64,000 nt of DNA from Auanema rhodensis (taxonomy: Eukaryota > Animalia > Nematoda): contig OZ059898.1 in NCBI GenBank assembly GCA_964057225.1, positions 4,898,001-4,962,000 on the forward strand, read 5' to 3'. Both the position numbers and the translations under genes were made by a program. The notes under the pieces are model-generated. The model saw nothing but the letters and a program-made list of their open reading frames with translations, searched no databases and was not told the DNA's origin. Below are positions 12,421 to 26,823 of the stretch, piece after piece; the stretch's first letter is position 1; every line of letters begins with the position of its first letter.

Positions 12421-14880
12421 TTAAATATCCCCTTTTTCATATTCTTTTTATAATTTCTAAATTTGAATAATAATTATGTTCCAAAAAGTAATGAGAATCA
12501 TATAGTAATGGTAACTATGGGTAATTAACAATGACAATAATCATTTTCACCTGTTCTCATAAAGTAATTAACTGTGATCAAGCTTTTTATATTTTCTTCT
12601 TCATTAATTCAATAATATTAACTGAACAGGTGTTTTATCCAGGAAAAGAATGAAAACATTTCAAGATCAGTTCAATCTTCTCACCTCATTCTACTTTTGC
12701 CACCTTTTTTGGAAATAAATTTTCTATAGGCAATCTAGGAAGTGTTTTTTCATCCGTGAATAGACAAAAAAACATCAAAGATGCCGACAGTTTTGCACTT
12801 GTTTAAAAGATTCAATGAAGCATTTTTCAATATAGATATGGCCTTGCAATGTATTTCATCTGATCCGAAATTTTAAAAAAATTTCATTATAAAGAAATGT
12901 CGTAGTATAAAGTTTTTACTAAATTTGTTATGACACTAATGTTCATTAAATATATTTTTTTTATAAAAAATACTATTAAATCAATATAATTAATCAATAA
13001 AATAATATATTTTAAAAAGTTTTATTATAGTTTTGATTGAAAAATATAAAAATTATTTAGCATTCATGATATGATTTTATGGACGTAGAATAAACACTAT
13101 GAAGACATTCAACACTTTTTATATTTTAATGTTTTACATAGATGTTACATATATAATTTTTAAAATAATTTATAATTAAATATATAATTTATTTTATTAT
13201 ATCGATATATATAATTTTTAAAATATAACTAAAACATTTGGGAAAATGACCAACTAAAGGAAATTAGCCCCGCGTGCTTAATCTCAGCTGCTATTGCTTT
13301 GAATTTCCTTGTCATTTACTGTGCTATACTAGTACAGGAAATTAAAGATTTCTATCTTTATAAGCAAATGAGAAAGAGATACTTTGAAATCTAATTGATT
13401 CGTGAATAAACCATTGAAATATTCTTGAAATCTAAATCTACTCTTTATAATTTCTTTCTTTTCATCTTCTATTGTTCATAGAGTACCTCTATTCCTCTTC
13501 AATTCTTGCAAGTTTCCTTCTTTTGTGGTTTAACCATCATTTTTTTCTTTTTTTTCCGGATATTTAGAACAAGACATGATACAAACTCACTGAAACAGAT
13601 GAGCAGAAAACCTTCCATTGTTTTCAGAATTTCCACTTTTTTTCGTTTTTCTTTGTTCATTTCAATACCTTATAAGCGTATTTCAAAGAATAAATATAGT
13701 ATGATCTCTATAATATTTATTTTTCGAGAATATTGATTATAAATCTTTTCTTTTTCAAAATTATAATAATAATATTTATTGATTTTATCAATGAGACTAT
13801 TCGTTTCTCATATGCTCACTTTATCATTTACATCTATGTTCTTCTATTTCCATTACCATTCCATTAATCTCTTTCTTTTATTTTCTCACTCACTATTTAT
13901 CTTTTTATATTATTTCCCTTTAATAAACAGTCGGTTCGGACTCTTTTTCAAAAAGAACCATAAACAGAGGTTAAGTCGGTTACATGTGTCGGCTTATATG
14001 GTTATATAAGGTCATCGATAACTTATGTTATATATACATGTGCATATGGATAGATTTATACTGTAAGGTATATCTATATCAATTATCTCATCTGGAAACT
14101 TTTTCATCTTGTTTTATTACCCTAATCGTCTATGATGGTGATAGTAGAGCTCTGAATGAGACAAACTATGCTAATTATCAGTGCATAACAGCGTGTATTG
14201 TTCACGTAAGCTTCTTGTGACAATCATTATCAGTTATTAATTAGAGTAGAACGGTTGCATTCCTAACTGTCTCATCTTTTAATACCATTTTCCACATAAA
14301 AATACTATAATAACAGTGTCATCAAGATAATTATTATAATTAATAATAAAACTGTTCCCATCTAATGATTGTAAATAACCATATCATAATAAGCGTTATA
14401 GTCCCAGGTAGTATAAGCTGTTGATTAGCCTGAACATCTCTATAAGTAGTTTAGGCTCATTCTCATACAATATATGATTTGACAGATCTTTAACACTTTA
14501 AACTATATGTATATATGTTCATATATTCATAGCCATATAAATGATTTAACTTCCTAGCTTGTATATTCCCTGAGTTCATTATTTTGGAAAATATTTATAA
14601 TTTAAACTGTTCCTAACTTTTTAATAATTTCTTAACTATTATAAATACTTTTATTCTTATACACTCACTCACTTATATCATATTCTTCATTACAGTAATA
14701 TCATTATATTATATTCATTTTGATTCTTTTACCTCTCAACACAATCTTTAATTGATTCATGTTAAATCATTGATCGTTTGCACATCTTAACACCGTAATC
14801 CATACTTAACGTCGTCATCGTCTTCTTATTCTCACAATTTCTGATCTTGTTAGAGTCTTCCCTTCTTTCTTCTTAGTCTC

Positions 14881-15010
14881 GTAGCCCCGTATATCATTTT
14901 TATGCGTCCGTCCGGTCGTCTCGACGCCGACACCATCGGCTCCGCCCCTTCTCCGTCTTCTTCGTCTTCGCCTCCTCGTCCCAACTGCCCAACCCGCCTG
15001 AACCCACCAT
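14881..15010 (+). promoter_or_regulatory. GC-rich putative plr-1 promoter with a GC box
   Basis: CpG-rich island in an AT-rich background, with GGCTCCGCCCC (Sp/KLF box) at 14938-14948, about 300 nt upstream of the TTTTCAG acceptor and ATG of plr-1. Confidence 0.5.
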
Positions 15011-15248
15011 TAGAACAGTTGAGTTTTAGGTTCTAAAGTTTTACGCTTGTGATCATGATTGAATAAACTCTTGTTCTTCTGGAATTTCTCCTACTTCAAT
15101 ATTATATGATATATTTAGCTTTACTGAGATACTATCTATATAGTACAGTTATTTTTTTATTTATTCGTTCAATCTTTCTATAGAATTCGTTTCAAACATA
15201 AATACTTTAATCATTGAATACATTTTTTTTCAGAAAGTATGTATTAGA

Positions 15249-18200
15249 ATGCTGTTCAAGGCTAGTATTTCGTCATCTCTCTATCTCTTTGTTAGCTTAT
15301 TTATTCTGAATTCTGTATCGGGACGACCAACAGATCGTCTTCTCACTTCTGATCAAGTTGATCTCCTTGTCTCAACTTCATCTACACATCATGATGTCTT
15401 GACACCAGGCTCCTCGACATCAGAATCTGAAACCACAGGAGCACATCAACGCCTTTATGGGACGTTCTCACCTGCTGGATTCAACTATGAAACCCAAGGA
15501 AATGTTGTTCAGGTACGTCAAAATTTAACATTTTGATACTATTTAATTACTTCATATAAATAATCAAAAAGAAAATTAAATTCCTGTGATAACTAAAATT
15601 AGTTTTCTATATTCAGTCTTAACCTAATGCCTAATCTAATTTCACTTTTTTCTTCAATTCCTTTTTGGTCGTAGTTTACTTATAAGTTTTCTCAAAATCT
15701 TCTATTCAGCATCTCTCCAAATATTTTCCTTCTCCTTTTTGTTGCAAAAAAAAATAAAGCTCGAATATAAAAACAAACAAATACTGAAAAGCCTAATGAA
15801 AACGCCAATAATCTGAAACGTCTGTGCCCAGCCGCCTGACCTTATACCCTAACTGTATCCGGCTGTTCACCTGTTGTATAAGCTCAAAAATCTTTTATTA
15901 TTCTCTCATTTCTTATTTAGCTATAATAAGACATTATTTCTCTGTTTTTTCTTATTTCTCTCTCTCTCAATCTCTAGATTTTCTATTATGTTTCTCTTTA
16001 TGTTGACACTGTTAAACGTAAACAGCTGTAACGTTCCACAGCACAGGAAACAGATGTCATCTCTCACATCGTTCGTGCTCCATTTTTTTCAAAAGCACTT
16101 AGCCTCTATAAAGCCTATCATCTCAATTTGCTTAAAAGGCTTTTCCTTTCTCCAATTTAAATTCAAATTTTGGAAATCATCTGCCTTCAAAATATAGTAT
16201 GAAATGTTGTTTGACACGAAATACTGAAACATTTTCTTGGCATAAGGCTTTCAGCAAAAGAAATTGCATTCAGTTACAGACGAAAGGCATAATCTTCGCA
16301 ATATAACTATGCTAACTATGTTGAAGATATTCATGACATTTGAATGCCGACCGTGCCTTCGCATCCTAAGCTGTTGCAACTAATTTCCATATGCAAAGAG
16401 GGGTGGAAAGAAAGAGAGCGAAGCTTTTTTTTGTCATTTTTTTCTCTCTGAATGTCTATGATACTTCGATGAATAGTTAGTTTTGTAACTTAACTATACA
16501 TCGAAATTTTGTTAATTTTCTCTGATGCAACATGGCTCAAGAATTAATGCAATTGCTGTAGTTAGACAGAAACCGATCATCTATCAAATTAGTTGCTATT
16601 GGGAAATCATTTATAAGAATATGTTTTACTATCTAGCAAATATAAAAGAAAAGATGAATACAAATGTCAAACTGACTGTATGAGATTGATCATTTTGCTT
16701 CTTCGAGACTTTTTTTGCCGATGGCCAACAGGAGATAAATGAAGTTCGGCTCTCTTTCTTTCAAATTGTCTCTCTTGTGCATATACTTTACTGAGCAGAT
16801 TCTTCATAAGATATTGCTTTGCTTCTCGCGTAGACAAAGACTAACAAGTTTTCTGGCAATATTCCAATATGTTGTCCCAGAAATTCAATGAAAATCTGAA
16901 AAACAGTTGATGCCATCTACGAGATGAGTAGGACGATGAAGATGTCAGTAGAATTTGTCTTTGTCTTCACCCTGCTGTTCCATCATCTGACAGTTTTTCT
17001 ACTACGGAGGCAGTTCATTAGTCTTCGTACTTGAAATCACTAAACATTTTTTCATAGTTCTCTAATTGTACTTATAAGATATATAATTATAATAATTTAT
17101 AATAATAATATTAAATATTTTTGTATTTTTATTCAAATTTATCGTTTTCACATCAAGTTTGTGTACCATGAACTTTTATCTTTATGAATAAGATATGCAT
17201 TCATATATACATACATATATATATTTATTGAATGAATATAATCCCATTCAAATACTACATATGACTTGCTTATTCGGTAACTTCTGATCGACAAATTCAT
17301 TCATCCTCGGTCTGTATCGACTTTTGTTCTCCATTTTTTTCCCTTTTCTTTGTCTTTTGCGCATGGCACAACCCATATGGACAGATAGCCAAACAACGGC
17401 GATAGCTCAAGTTCAAACGGAGACCTACGACGAGTTTGTTGGTGGAAAGCCCTTAGGGCATGCTGGCCGCAGTCTAAGTGGCCACCCATTCCGTCATAGA
17501 GGGAGAAAGCTGCGGAATTGTTCATCTTCTGCCTTCTTCACAAAACAATTCCCTGGAGCATCATTCAACAAGCAACATCTCAAGCAAACATTTAACTTTG
17601 TCGTCGGTCAATAGGCTTCTCTATTCGTCATTGTTGCCGCTTTCTATTTGGCTTAACACGTCTGAGGAAAAACTAGACGTCGTTTTTGGGGTTTGATATG
17701 TGCTTGCGTACAAAGCTCATCTAATCTCAGATGTTGCCAGCACCATTACATTTCTGTATAAGCGTGTAGCAATTGAATAAACAATTCTAAATGACGGATG
17801 GAATCGTTTTCGTCCAGTTCAGCTATAACCTCATGTTGCAACTTCTAGTACAAATTCCTCTACTCTTCTACTAAGCTCTTTCTTACTCGTTCGTTTCTTT
17901 TCTTCGTTTTCTGTCTCAGCTCTCCTTCCTCTCTTCTCTTCGCGCTTTCTTTGTACATCTCTCTGGCTACTGGTGCCTAATGGCATCTCAGAATTGAATT
18001 AAGCTCCATTTCAATAGCGACCACACACTGAACGATTGCATAGAAAACGAAAAGAAAAGACAAAACGGAAGATAGTAGCCCTTCTATGAGTTTCCTTGTC
18101 CGTCCATATAGAATTTTGACAAGATCCCATAACATACATACAGAAGGGGTGAAAAGGAAGACATAAAGTATGATGATATATGCTTTGAAAGAATTGCAAA

Positions 18201-21200
18201 TGAGGTTGCAAATAGATGTAGAACAACTTTTGGCTTGTTTGTATATTCACAAATTATATGAATATAAGTCAATTATAAGTTAGAAGAACAGCTGGGTCTA
18301 ATGTTCAAATCATGCTCAAGTATGATGCTCAAGTAAAGAATATAACAAAGTTACTTTAATGTACAATGAATAAGTTATAATATGTTATAAAAGATCTCAA
18401 CTTATATATAAGTATCCAACACTTATTACTAATGTCATAGATCTATTTTATTTTGTATAAAACGATCAAGAACAAATCAGCAAGTTTCCTAATACTCACT
18501 AATCCAGTTAAAGATGATTAAATACTTACTTCAATATAATACAAGTATTATGTGAGAGACATATCTATAAAGATGAGAAGACTATACCGATAGTTTTATA
18601 GTTTTCGGCTTACTTCAAGTATCTAATGTTATCCGTTGCAACAATTCAATAGTTGGAGCTACAAGCTCAAGAGGATTAACAAAATGAAATGAGATGACAA
18701 TTCGATTAGATGAGGACCTAATCTTCTAAATAATGTCGCCCCTGCTCAACTATATTCAACTATGTTACTATTCGATTAAAGTTCAAGTAAATGAAAAGAT
18801 AAACAAATTTTATATAAATAAAAAATATCACTACCGATCATTCTTTTATCTCTCAACTTCTCAGGATTAGTTTGAACATTGAAGAGAAGATGGTGCTTAG
18901 CTTTATCGGTTCACATAAATTAGTCACATTAAAAGATCCACTTATTCTCTTTTCACACACTTATACTAGCCTCGTGTGTATACATCTGTTACTTTCTGGC
19001 TTTTCTTTGATATTCAGATACCATTGAGTTCTTGCTACATTTTGAATATTCTGTCTGAAACGACCATGAGGACAACCTTTCCTTGATATATCTAGTTGAT
19101 TTAGATAGCCGACAAAACACCTAAGGACTTTAATTCAGAAGACACATGTCACCGAAACAAAAAAAGCTCTTTGATTTCCTCGTATCCGACATACATTTTT
19201 CTTGTTTATATGTATTTCTACTACTTACGATAACCTATGTGAAGTCTTTATTGCACTTTACACTTATCTCATTTTCGATTTTGAATGAAGCTAATCAAAA
19301 GAAAGATGAAGTAGAGAAAAGAGGAAAGAAAAGAACATTTCAAAGTGAAAATATAAAGAGAGAGAGAGAGAAAGATTATGTACATAAATACCTAGAGATA
19401 GAAGGGTACAGAGAGAGAAAGTAGGACCAAGTCAGAAAGCGAATAGTAATGACCAAGGACATCTGCGTTCTTGTCTCCGCTGCGATTTATGGCACCGTTG
19501 TCGTCGTAGTGCTGGTGATGATGTTGAGTGCAATGGTCGAACGGACGAAGTCACAATCATCATCAACACGAACAGGGACGATGATGTGAAGATGAATCAG
19601 GATAATGACATCTTTTATTGCTAATCCTCTATCTGTTAAAGCTGATAAATTGAAAGTTCATGTATCAAATACAGGAGAAGGATGCGACGAAGAGAAGATT
19701 TCAAAATTAAAACATATTCTCATAACTAAATCTAAAATGTATTATAATCATGCATAATTGAATAACTATAATTATTCACAAATTTTGTAATAAAAACGCA
19801 TAACACAAGCCTGTCGTATATTATTGTAATCCTTCCTGCTTACCATTATACCAAACTAATTCCAGTTCACAGCCGTATCATCGTTTTATATTCTTCTAAT
19901 TCTCTTCATTTTGTGCTCTCTCTTTTCCCATCCTCCCTCCTATTCTCGAATGATATACACAGATGTGTCGCTGTCGGCTTCTTTCATATCGTATTGAAGA
20001 CACAACAGAGCTAAATTTTACGACAACTTTAGACTTAGGCCTTGTTGATGAACATAAAATGCCCATCATTATCATCCGACCGTACGGATCTGCTGTCAAA
20101 ATTCAAAGATATGACCAATACATATGTATATACTGTAATATCTTAAGGGTCAAAATATTATTTTCAGAGAATAAATAGAAAAACAAAATAATATTTCTTT
20201 CAGTTGCTCATATATTATATTATAAGCAATCTGTTATACATTGGAAAACAATAAATTTTCACATTTGATTTTATAGATGGTTTTGTCGCAATGATGTCTA
20301 ACATTCTAACTCGACCTAATTCATTTGTTCAAGCTCATAAATAATCATCAATCACAACGAATTCAACATACAGTTTATGAAATATTTTTTATTAAAATTC
20401 TCTAAAAATGAATAAAACTAAAAATTTGTTTTTTATATTCATCATAATTGGGAAAAAACGCTAAAATCTTTTGAAATTTTGTCGATTGGTTCATTTCAAT
20501 AGCATATAAATCATTCTTTAGCCGAAATACATTGTATGATTTAGGACAAGATCTTGAGCTTCATATATAGATTCTTATATATGTATATAATTATTATAGA
20601 AAGAATTTTCAAGAATTTTATACCAAATAATAGTTTACACATTGTGTTTATATCTTCTTCTTCTTTATTTCTTTTTATATCTTTTTTTTTCTCTCATTTG
20701 CTTGATAGTTTTGTGGGTACGCGAGGAGCGAAGGGCCAAGTACTGAGTGTATGGCGGTTAGATCAAAGAAATTCGTTGAATGAGCGTTATTTATGGTAGT
20801 TTGTATGGCCTCTCTGGTGATGGTAGCCAAAACGGATCATATATATTGCAAGGGAAATATTTTCTTGAAGAAAGATTCTCGGATAAAATAATTCGTATTA
20901 ACAAACATGACACTTAACAGAAGAAAATCATTTAAAAATAGTATTGTATTCCAATAGTTATATTTATGTTGTTATAGGTATCATCTTTCCGTGCCTGTGA
21001 TGCTCGTCGAAAAGGGCTTGATAGAACCCTATTTGGACATGTAGCTGTAATTTTTGTTGATGAAGTTCAACCATTTTTAACTGGATGTGTAGCATTAGAT
21101 AACCAGGTAATTATTAATGAAACATCTTATAAAACTAATGTTTCACGATTTAGGCTCGATTTGCTGAGAAGTCTGGGGCTCTGGCTTTAGTAGTAGGGCC

Positions 21201-22475
21201 AGCCTCACGTGTACGTATGAGTTTGAAGCCATTAAAGGTATTGATGAACTAAATAAATTAGCTTACTTTGTTTTTTCAGTTGCGATCAGCTAGAATTCCT
21301 GTTGTTGTTCTGGATGACCAGGAGACAGAAAGCTTACGAAAATACGTTGCTGATGTTGCACAAACGGGACGTATAGCATCTATAAGTCTTCAGTATATTG
21401 AGCCTAAAATTGGTACAACTCAAGTATTGAAGTTGCAGGTGGAGTTTATTGATCATTTTAATTTTCAATTTTTATTATTTTAGGTTTTTCGACCAACAGC
21501 ACTTAATCTAGCCCTTATTGGCCTTCTTATTATTCTAGTTTTATTTATTACGGTTCTAGTATTTGTGAAAATTCGCTGGAGACCAACTGCCCATCGTGAT
21601 ATATGGTTAAGAACTTTGGCGCGTTCAGCAGTGAACAAAATGGAAATTCGTAAAATAGAAAAGGTTAGCATACAAAATATATTTGTACTCTTAAAATATT
21701 AAATTTAAGGGATCAAACACACGAAAAAAGCGAACCTTTTCACGTTTATCCAAAGCAAATGGTTTATCATACCTACCTGTATTTGGATCGTTGAGTTCTG
21801 TTGCAAATACAACGAATAGCCAAGTAAGTAAATTATTAAGTCGGGTTTGTAAAAAATTTTATATATTTCCTTTTTTTTAGGATCGCTGTGCAATTTGCTT
21901 GGATGAATATTGTGAAGGAGCTGAGCTACGTGTTCTTTTTTGCGGACATGAGTTTCATCCTAAGTGTGTTGATCCCTGGCTTCTAGCTAATCGGCGATGT
22001 CCACTCTGTCAATATGATGTCGTTTACAAACAATATCCAAAAACTGAAGAAACTCCCACAAATAACGCATCAAATAAACAGCATAGTTCACCGTCCCCTT
22101 CATCTTCGTCATCCCCTTCATCAACAATACAAAACCGTGTCCAAGCCGAAGCAAGGGAACCATTATTACCACTGGTTGAGCCAACAAGTCCCGTAAGAAC
22201 AGCGGCGCCACTTTCTCTGACCAGCGCTACAGTTCTTCCCGAGCAAGCTCTTCCATGTGTAGCATCTCAGAGACATCGCAGGCAGCTTACAAACCCTCGT
22301 GCTAGATCTCTACCGCGTAGACGGCCTTTACGCCCACGAAGCTTCCTAGAAACAGCTGTAAGAGTCGGGGGGTAAGAATTCTTTATCATTCAAGCAATTA
22401 AAATGTTATTTTAGCTACTCATCAGATGTGTCATCCTATATGGAACGTGACAATGGACCTCAAATCATATTGTGA
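15249..22475 (+). CDS. plr-1: PA-TM-RING E3 ubiquitin ligase, RNF43/ZNRF3-like Wnt-receptor antagonist
   Basis: Signal peptide exon 15249-15512, then a 5.5-kb first intron. PA-like domain ([23 protein letters not shown]...IPVVVL), TM helix ([20 protein letters not shown]), RING-H2 (CAICLDEY...[23 protein letters not shown]) and a Ser/Pro-rich tail. Stop at 22473-22475. Confidence 0.88.
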
Positions 22476-22883
22476 TTGCTGCTGCTAACTTCTCAAAAAC
22501 CATGTTTCCTTTCCATCAACCGGTGCTTAGTTATCAGTATTTTCATTACGGGTTGTGTTGAATTATCAAATATAGAGGTTTTCCCTTTATGGTTCATATG
22601 TTTTAACTTACTTAAGTCGCAAAATATTTACGGGTGATATGACTTGTCGTTTGTCTCACTAACTTCATGATAACTTTTCCAAAATGTTTATTTTAATTTA
22701 ATAATAATGTATTTAACTTTTTCATTACACTGTTCATATTACCTGTTTATATATATAGTATATATAGTTCAAGTCCAATGAATAGGTAATTTCGTAAAGA
22801 AACATGTTAGAACATAACTTTATACAGCAAAATTCACAGAAATTCATGCATTATAATAATATGTATATTAGTTATGAAAACAC

Positions 22884-23875
22884 TTATTGAATTAGAGATT
22901 GATATGTAGACTGGAACCAATCTTGTACGTCTTGCAATGTCTAAATCACGATATTAAAAAACGTTTGCTAAGAGAATAAAACGAATAATTTTCAGTAATT
23001 CTAATATAAAGCTTCAAATAACCTTGTCGGCACCCCATTCTTTAGCCTTACGAGCAAGAGCTTCTTTGAATTTCTTCCATAACTCCTTAATTTTTTTAAG
23101 TCCACCACACTTGAAATCGCATTCCTTAAGAAAATACAGAAATTAGTTTATATCAACACTTTTTTACTTTTTCAATGGCAGAGCAGTCGAATGGGGCGTC
23201 TTTCCCGCAATCACTATTTATGACATAATTATTACTGTAACTGCTCAACTGTGTACAATTGAATGAAGTATTTCCTTCAACATCAATAGCCTAAAAAGTT
23301 GTAAACTGTCTGATAAACTCGAGTTTGCTTTTCAATATATTTACTTTGACATCAGGGAAATAAGCTTGCAAGATTTCTGCTGAGGGTAGATTCACCATGT
23401 TGTTGCAAGGAAGAGCTAAAAAACATCAAACATGTTGGAGTGTTGCTAATCATAAATTATGCCTAGGATTTCAAAGCCGGGCATTGGTTTCTTAGGAAGG
23501 CTGACTTCAGTTCTTTCACCCGATTCACATCGTATAAGAGGATTTCCTTCGTCCAATTCGCAAATGCAATCATCTAGACAAGAAACAGTCGGAATATTCG
23601 CCGATTCTAAAATAAAACATCAATTTTAACTACTACAGGTATCATTAATTAGAAATAAGAGGGAGGAATGCATTCAAAAATATTATTTTCTGCAAAAATA
23701 GTTGAGAACAAAGAATCTGTCTAACCCAATTTAGTATATTCCCCCCTATTCTATTTCTTCAATTTCAGTCAGATGATTGTAAAATATAATTGTGTAGGAC
23801 ACCAGACGGACTAAAGCATAACCATATGGCCAACAGAAGATTTAGAATAACATTTCCTGAAGATCTAGCATTCAT
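22884..23875 (-). CDS. Small secreted Cys-rich protein (LRRNT-like cap plus short LRR-like segment, helical C-terminus)
   Basis: Six exons give MNARSSGNVILNLLLAIWLCFSPSE-SANIPTVSCLDDCICELDEGNPLIRCESG...LPCNNMVNLPSAEILQAYFPDVKAIDVEGNTSFNC...TLQDVQDWFQSTYQSLIQ*. The model includes one GC-AG intron. Confidence 0.75.
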
Positions 23876-25011
23876 GTTTCGTATGATGGAATAGCGAAAC
23901 TAGATGAAATCAATATTGGAAATTAGATCAATCGAGAAGAAAATAACAGAAAAGTGTCACTTCTGTGATATGAGTGCAAAATATTAAATGAAAAAAAAAT
24001 AAACAACAAGCATTTCATCCGCGCTCCAAAACTTGCTCTTTTCAGTAGTTGTATCATGATTCGTTATTTCTGGTATATAATCAGTGTATGACTCACAAAA
24101 ACAAGTAATAGAAAAGTAAGATGTAGACGGCATTGCTGAGTCAACGAATAAAAAGGTATTAAAAATCTCTTCTTCCGTAGTTTCCTTGAAAAAAACTAGT
24201 TGAATTAATTCCAAGAAAAGAAATATGAGGAAGAAAAATAATGTTTGTTTTAATTATAAAAAAAGCTAAACTTGCCTACAGATATAAATAGAAGAGCGGT
24301 TAATAAACACCACTGCTGTAGTCGGGTCATCATCGCAATACACTAATGCGGGGCGGGACTGAACAAGAATGGCTGGAGGCCACAGTCTAGAGAGAAGATA
24401 TGTACGCTAAAACAGAATAGGATGGGGTGTGAAATAATTGTTACCTTATGTTAACACGTATGTAACAGAAAATGCAACCGTGTCAACCAGACAAACGTGA
24501 ACGAATGACGTGGGAAGATTCACATTCGCGTAAAAAAAGAAGCATTCTTAGTGGGCGGCCTCAGTTTACGAGTTGATTAATTAAATTGCTGACAGCCCAC
24601 TGAATGACATGTTTTTATATCAAAACTCTTTAAAAAACATTTTATTAAAATAAATGCATCCCTGAACATTCTGTAAATAAATATCGATAGCTCATAAAAT
24701 ATCATACTTTTCATAAAGAAACCCTAAAAACGATGTGCATATGACAAACATTATTTTGAAATTGAAGTTGTTAAGAGATTATTACAACTATAAACCATAT
24801 AATCATTATGATAACATTTGTGTATAATAGTAAAAAAATTGATATTGGGCAGAGTGTAGCATATTCACACATATCCCTATATGTACTTGCATGAACAGAA
24901 CATTTTTTCTAAACAATACCCAAGGCATTAAAACACGGCTACTATGTTAGAGCAATAAAACTATAAACATTTAGAAATCAATGTATTACATATTGATTAT
25001 TGAAAACGGAG

Positions 25012-26412
25012 CTACTTTGCGATATATTTGCAGAGGATGTTGATACAAATGAAGCTCCAAATTGTGCCTCTTCCCTGAAAAGTGATGGTACATATAGCAC
25101 AACCTGAATATAAAAACTTGAATTCTCTCGACGAATCTTCTATAAACGGATCAATCAACATATGAATAGGAAGATCAGAATATAAGGTTAAAACAGTGTT
25201 TTTTCTATTCTCCCTCCTTATACCACACATACTGTAAAAATACTTCAGACTATTTAATAAGAAAGAGCCTACCTCAAAATGATTGGCTTATACTTAAATT
25301 TAAATAGTTGGATGTCAATACATTTTGAAATCGCGTTAAAAATTTCTCGGACCTGGAAAATAAAATAAATAAATTAGGTGCAGTGTAATTAAAAACCTCC
25401 AGATCCTTCCTATAGTACCAAAGTGGTTTCTTTATTTCAGAATGGCCATTTTCACGTCGCGAAGTGAAATAATTAGTAACCTGAAAATAACTGTCTGTTA
25501 ATAATATTATTACCTTGAGAGAAACATTGTTGGCAACTTTAGCTACAATAGCGTGTTTTGAAACTCTCAAAGATATACGCCAAACGTTCCTCCAAGCCAT
25601 AGGAGAATGTTTTGAAAATATATCTAAATTAATATATATGCCTTATCACATTTGATTATTTTTCATACTTTCCACGAAAGTGAACACGGTCTTCTCAAAC
25701 AGTATCTTGCTCTCTGATATGCTTCCTCGTGCATCAGGAAATAAACACCAAGCACCACCTTTCATATCAATGATTTTCTCTAACTCCGACACAATCGTGT
25801 GCAAATCTTTCTCAGGATACTAAATGAATTCAGCATCTACAATCATTAGTCCTGTATAACCTGTGCACAGTAGTCTTTACATTGTTTCGTCTTCCTCATA
25901 TGAGCAAGCAAGAATTGTTTCAATAATAACATTTGTGATATGTGAGCTAATGAAGGCTTCTCCCCTGATGGCGAACCGCTTAATTTCTCAAGCTAATATT
26001 ATGCTGAAAACGGATCAGTTACCAGTACTCTTGCGTATTTTTCGAGCAACTCAGGCCATTACCAGGATGCTGAAGATGTTGTTGACGGAACCATAGCTAA
26101 ACAGGAATATAGATATATATGAAATATCATCCATCATACAGGAAATAAATTTTGATAATAATCCTGATCCTTATTCTGCCATTGTTCCAAGATATAAATA
26201 TGCTTCCTACACAAATGTATTCATTATTTGAAGCAAGTTAGAAAAACTAGCCAGTTAATCCGTTCAATTTCTTTGAAAACAATAAAAAAATCCAAAAAAG
26301 ATCTTTTAAGAACATCTTTAAGCAATTTCATAATATCTTCTCCATCCGCACATGTGTACAATTGAGTAAAAAAAAACCCTTTTGGTTCTTCGGTAACTTC
26401 AACAAAGCTCAT
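25012..26412 (-). CDS. Uncharacterised multi-exon protein (about 340 aa)
   Basis: ATG follows TTCAG directly. Nine exons join in one open frame through short introns (first intron GC-AG) to TAG at 25012. No domain recognised. Confidence 0.65.
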
Positions 26413-26823
26413 CTGAAGTTAAAACCTACAACAGCATATTGTAATAGCGTTTAGATAAAATATGGATTTCCTATTTTTCTCTTCATAATATAATAAAGAT
26501 TTCATTTGATAATATCAAGATGTGATACAAGTGAATACATCAATAGTACCTGTAACATGTATGTACAACGTAAAAAGAAATAATAGCACAAGTAACATCA
26601 TGGTTGAGATTTTCTATAAGTCGCTGCTAAGCACTAGTCTTTCACGATACATAGATGTAAAGCATATTAGAAAATGCTCCAAATGAAATGATATTAACTT
26701 GATACAGTAAATAATACAGAGAATAAAAGCAATCTGTTGTTATTATTATTAATATTATTTGAATTACACCTCAAACGATGTAAAGCTATATTGAAACTTG
26801 TATTCTATTTATCTAAGAGACTT

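Noticed and set aside
12101-12470. ORFs encoding long SLSL or ERER repeats (also 9721-9954)
   Set aside because: They are simply translations of CT/GA microsatellites, with no splice context.
17301-17696. Overlapping GC-rich ORFs inside plr-1 intron 1
   Set aside because: No recognisable protein or consistent splice sites, and plr-1 exons 1 and 2 join in frame without them. Treated as probable enhancer sequence.
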